A stretch of 49,631 nt of DNA from Perkinsus chesapeaki ATCC PRA-425 (lineage: Eukaryota > Protista > Perkinsozoa), in NCBI GenBank assembly GCA_013115145.1, contig JAAPAO010000228.1:1-49631 (forward strand), given 5' to 3'. Under the pieces are notes generated by a model. The model made no database searches, was not told the origin of the DNA, and worked only from the letters and a program-made list of their open reading frames with translations. Of the stretch, positions 44,700 through 49,631 are shown piece after piece. Both the position numbers and the translations under genes were made by a program. The stretch's first letter is position 1, and every line of letters starts with the position of its first letter.

Positions 44700-46700
44700 A
44701 AAGACGATACGAGAGTTGCGTAACGCAACTATTGGATGGGCGATGAGCGGCGACGTGTGGAGTCACGAATGGTGACGTGACATCTCGTGCGACAAGCAGA
44801 GAATCACACTATTCGAGAAACTCGCAATTGAATCCCTCTTTTTTAGTTTGCATTGGTATTACAGACTTACAGAAGGTACCTACCTCCAACATATGTCTCT
44901 CTATAATCGGTAAAGTGTTCAGAAACCTGCTGATTAAGTATCCCCAATCGCTCTCGGCGCCAGTGGCGCCACTGAACGAATCAACTGGGAAGCAAAACAC
45001 AGCACTGTCCGATATTAGTGTAACCCTATTGATATTGACAACCAGTATATTCAGTAACCTTTGCGCGTTCCTGTACTCTGATGAGCAGCTTATTGGCTTC
45101 GTGAGTGTAAGCTTGATGTATAATTAGTCTTTGGTGACGTCAAATATGCCAAATATACCTCTCACACCAATGTGTCCACACATTGTGTGGAGAGTCTCCA
45201 AACAATGTGGCGCGCGCACTGTGACAGTGTAGCTGTCAGGTGGACAGTATCTACCTTTCCATTCATGCGGGCAATGACTGCCCAGACTTTTGTGTCCTGG
45301 AGACTATATCAGGACACCAAGTTTAGTAAACTTAGTTTATGACATAAGCGAAAGACGAGTAACAGCGAGTTGCAGCGTCCTTCTCACGATGACAAAGACG
45401 ATGGTTTTGTTGTCTCGTCGAGTGTCGCTACTAACAACTGTTCCTTTTCGACACTCAACGCCGTTGAGTCAACGGAGCGAGCCCAACTGACGGATGTCTT
45501 TCACTATACATTCATCAAGCTCAAATAATATCGAATGCATCGATGACGCTGCTCACTCAAGGCATCGATCTCTGTCACAGTCACCGTCTCAGTAGCCTAC
45601 TGAAACAGGCTCTCTAAACGCCTGGCTCCCAAGTAACTGCTAGATCTTGCCTTGCATACATCGTACAGGCCTCACTGTACAGATAGCGGACCCAGCTTTG
45701 TGACAAAAAGCGGACCATTCTTCTGTAGCCAGAGTCTGGCTGCCAGACGGCTACTAGTTACCAGCACTGATGCGGGTGAGATTCGGGATTGATGCCCAGA
45801 ATGGAAGGCATCATCAACGGCAATGGGGTTCTACGGAATATCTGGAAGGCGAAGCGCCTCGGTTATTTTGTTGTATTTTGTATTCCACGGGTTTATCCAT
45901 CGCACATTTAACCAGCTTTATCGAGGTCAGCGTCTAAGGGTACAGTCGCTTTCATTGACCCGATTCACTCGAGTCGAGTGGCTGACGAATGAAAACGCGC
46001 CTTACCTCAGTTTTTTGTAAGAATTTTTCTCACTTCAGCCCCACCAAAACATACCCGTGTAGTGAAAGCCATTGTTACTACAAACTCAACCATGACAGAT
46101 GCGGACTATGTGGGAGTAACTGGCTTCATCTTCGTAACTGACCTAGTGTATTGCGATTTATAAGAACTCATTGTGAAGCGATGAAAATAGACCAACCTCA
46201 GTCAACTGTATGATGCTCGACACCTGCGTTACGCAGGCTGCGTAGCGTGAAGAACTAATAATCTATCAACTTTTTTTGTCCACCGCAGAAAAAAGGGAGT
46301 TGGTTCACTGGTTTGAAAAATGTATTAACATCAAAAACATTCTATTGAGGAACTAGAAGTCTTACGATGTCGATGAGGAGATGAAAAACAGACGACTCGG
46401 CAAGTCGATGGCCGGCGAAACCAAATTCGACGTAGCATACATCGCATGCGAGTGCCTTTCGGGAAAAATTGATACTAGAGGCTCCCAGAGAAAGCCACGG
46501 TAGCAGCGATGAGTGCTGCAGCCATTGTAGACAACTCCCTCGCATATGAAACCTCTGTCGTCTCCGTTGGGATCCATTCGAATATACTGAATGTCGAAAT
46601 CTGAAAGCATCATGGTATTGTCAAACCTTCAGCACACGCTCTGCGAATCAAAATCCACATGTCCACATGTGAGTTTAAAGCGGCACCCCGTAGGAGAAAA
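44700..46700 (-). mobile_element. Highly decayed Ty3/gypsy-like pol relic (RNase H tail, then integrase)
   Basis: In gypsy order on the minus strand: GCRFKLTCGH plus MLSDFDIQYI (~46680-46570; RH end-like), YCPP...LETLHTMCGHIGVRG (~45260-45165; HH half of the integrase zinc finger) and FPVDSFSG (~44990-44965; D.FS core motif). Many stops and frameshifts; no LTRs found. Confidence 0.45.
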
Positions 46701-46789
46701 TAATAACGGACGATGATCATCTCCAGCAACCGATCATCGGTTTCCTCATGATGAGGACCTCATCCAAGCCCTGCAATGACGGATAGCTC

Positions 46790-48511
46790 AACTATTCTGG
46801 TAGTGAATTGTCCGTTCAGGCGACTCTGTAGGTGGCTTCAAGACTTGAAGTCGCCCGCAGGGGCCTGACACTAAACAGCGCAAAGTAAACACTGTAGACC
46901 CGACACTCTCGCAGACACGCACACGATACACTAATTTTTCAACTTGTAGCTCAAATTGAAAAGTATTGTGCAAACCAAACTCCGCCCCTCCGATCGACTG
47001 GGTGAATCCCAGTTGGTAAACACCTGGTACTATCAGGCTGGTAGTAATCTCGAAGGTCCTCTTACATTAGTATCGTTGAAACTGGCCATATAAACAAATA
47101 TCTTCTTAGTCTCCGGGTCCTGTCTGACGGCCAGTCGGTCCACAGAAGGGCCTGCCCGCCTAAGGGCAGGATTGCAAAAGTTATTGTCATCTTACAAAGT
47201 GCTCGTACGAAATGTTCGCGAAAATGAGTGGTGTGATAGTAGAGCGGCTTGCGATAGCTTGGTGAAGCGATTCTGATGTGACATACCCAACGCGTGTCCA
47301 GCCTTGATCGGTGGGCAGTAACCTGGTATTGGAGACATGTGTGGCATTACCTTATCTGAACACTCACCCGCGGAAAATTATCATCACGTCACCGTTGGGT
47401 AGCTGCGCCATGTCGACCGGTGCCCACGCTCCGAGTGGCTGAAGTGGAGTAATATGGACAAGGGAGCTAGAGTGAATTCACCTGTATAGTAAAAGTGTTG
47501 CTAGCATCACTGGACGTCTCATTATATACAAATGCATCGAATGTATATGCAGTGTTTTGTTCTTCTGTTTGCTGATCTACATAAACATCACACACCATCA
47601 ACAAGAGCCCGTGACCATCGGTCGAGCCTAAAAATTCATAAACTCATGGTGATAAAAACACTTTTGTTAGCTACGAATTTTGAGGATGGATTTAACTCCT
47701 TGCATCTCTCTCACGATGTCCTCGCCTTTAGCGGTTCTTACGCCGTTACTCAATCTGAAGGGTTACGACATACTCTAGCGAACTGAAAGGCGGAGATATC
47801 TCACCTCGTTACACGTCGACCAGAACTAACGTAGAGCTTTCCTTCGCCGTTCCCCTTGTATACACCATCGATAGATAAGTCCCCGGCATCGCCTACATCG
47901 TGGAAAGAGGAAGCTTTACACAATTGTATCACATTAGCCTAGCAGCGAACGCTGAATCAGTAGTAGCGAAAATGTCTCTTTTTGTGAGATTAGGAAAGCA
48001 ATCCCACCTATATCCTCCGAACTTATGCTCATCTTATGGATAGACCCAGTGATATTTTGCTCGGCACTACTCATCAGACTGAGGCCATTCAAGCTGATTA
48101 AATACCTGGAAACAGGTGGATGCTAGAACGAATCTTCTGTCTGTTGGGCTCACCTGGTTTTAGAGAGGGCAAGGATTTGGTTGCCGTCCTCGCTGACAAT
48201 GAAAGAACTGAGTGACCCAATCTGGTTCGTGTGATTGAGAAGTCGTAGGACAAAACCGTCTACTAGTTTAAATAAACCTATCACCACAAGTGAACTGGAG
48301 CAGCGAATGCCTCAAGCCGACCTAGACGCATTCCAGAGGTATGCCGGGTATACCTCTGGAATACCGGGGGTATACTATGCCCCCGGTGAATGACTGTCGT
48401 TATCGTTCCCAGCGGCCTTGACGATGCGCCAGCCTCTTGCTGGACGCCTTGAGTGTTGATGGAAGGTACCAGAAGAAGAGACAATACTATCTTGTTGATG
48501 GCAACTAACAT
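46790..48511 (-). CDS. Phytase-like beta-propeller protein, paralog 2 (tandem duplicate of 42851-44619)
   Basis: Signal peptide MLVAINKIVLSLLLVPSINTQG. Exon-by-exon homology to paralog 1: IGSLSSFIVSEDGNQILALSKT, GDAGDLSIDGVYKGNGEGKLY, GVKSILKI, WAPVDMAQLPNGDVMIIFR, ESLHQAIAS, LAVRQDPETKKIFVYM. The 3' end is unresolved. Confidence 0.7.
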
Positions 48512-49631
48512 TTATGGAAGCCTTATTGAGCTGGCAACTACAAAGGATCTCAGCAACCGTAATTATTTGAGCAAGCTGGGGAGAAACGGCGTCACGTCAC
48601 GGGAATCACGTGCTACGGCTGGCGACATAGCTTCTTGTGTGACGCAGGAGGTTCCCGCGTGGGGAAGTCGATCCCGCCGATAGTACATGATAAGCTACCT
48701 CGAATCAGGCGATGGTCATAGCGGGTAAACGCGTGTGGCATTAGATTCACCTCTGCTGTGATGAAGTTGCCCGTGTGAGTTCCACTAAGGCCTTGAAACG
48801 GATACCTGCGTGTGAAGCCAAATGGTGACGTGAGCGGCGGCCTACGCCACACAGCGGCAGTACAGTATCGAAGGCAGCCGCCGAAGAGCTGTAACTGGTG
48901 TAATGCATGATAAGCGTGGCTCGCGATATCTATCTATTTGAGGTGTTCTGCTTGGCGAAAATGGCTAGGCTAGGTCTCCGCCGCACGAAGTGGTAGGGGT
49001 CACCGAAAGAGCGCGACGACACCGTGCGTGCAGGCAGCCTTGGACCGCAGAGAAAGTCCGATTTACAAGTCGAGTTCGAGTCTCCAAGAAGTCTCCGATT
49101 ACTCTCGAACTTCGAAAATCATCCGAGACTTCTTTTCACATTCCACACCAGTGATAGCCGTTGTGTAGGGAGGTTGTTGCTCAAGGTTTGAGCCCAAGAG
49201 AACCCATTGATGATTCACAAGTGTTTAGAGTTCTCGCAGCCCATCTTGCACCGCCTAATGTAGTGCTCGAGCATTCGGACCTACAACGTTCCAAAAGCTT
49301 TGGTCGCCATCGCTTAACTTGCTGGACAACATTGTTGTCCTCTCTTGGACTGACATGCTCTAGACTGATTTTTCCACGCCGGAAGGAGATGGTTGCTGTC
49401 TGCTGCCCCAGCTTAATGCGCGGAATTTTGACTGAACAACGACTGTATTTTGCAGTTTGCGAGAGCGATCTCAGCGAGTTTCTTACCGAAGTGACAAAGT
49501 AATATGGTCCGGAAAGGGCCCTACTAAGTGCGTTTGCTAGCCAATAATCTTGCATAGTTGTGATTGTGTTGGCACACAATCCGCTGTCTCCTTTTACAAG
49601 AGCTAGGCTAAGTGCAGAGTTTTACTATTGT

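Noticed and set aside
47040-47130. KKIFVYMAS as a degenerate reverse-transcriptase YMDD motif
   Set aside because: It aligns exon-for-exon with AVRQDPVTKKEFVYIL of phytase-like paralog 1, so it is host coding sequence.
47900-48290. Apparent frameshifts and stops making phytase-like paralog 2 a pseudogene
   Set aside because: They disappear with alternative GT-AG choices (e.g. ata g|gtggga...gatgtag|gc gat; cta g|gtcggc...gatag|gt tta) that mirror paralog 1.
1-49631. Relict spliced-leader (CCGTAGCCAT…GGCTCAAG) copies, SL RNA or rRNA genes
   Set aside because: None found by eye on either strand; only short gctcaag matches inside coding sequence.

Overview
Eukaryotic nuclear DNA: multi-exon genes with GT-AG introns, and one ~100-N assembly gap at 39973-40071. 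The many 40-60-nt introns, intronless small secreted-protein genes and bacterial-type GFAT suggest an alveolate protist such as Perkinsus; this is an inference, not proven. From left to right the window holds: a 43-bp tandem repeat; two convergent cytochrome P450 paralogs (the left one with an in-frame stop) around two small Cys-containing secreted-protein ORFs and a P450 5' relic; an AFG1/ZapE-family ATPase; three tandem intronless GFAT/glmS genes with mosaic block-wise identity; a probable MIC60/mitofilin gene with a 33-bp coding minisatellite; an uncharacterised mitochondrial-type membrane protein; a TRMT2A/TRM2 tRNA m5U54 methyltransferase with a 55-bp satellite in one intron; and two tandem phytase-like beta-propeller genes separated by a decayed Ty3/gypsy pol relic. 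The most striking unexplained patterns are (1) a class of long introns at 27.6-41 kb sharing the atypical donor GTAATA, often followed by a G/purine run, and (2) the patchwork homogenisation and codon-usage mosaic of the GFAT triplet. Gene models were assembled by eye, so exon boundaries are approximate unless stated.
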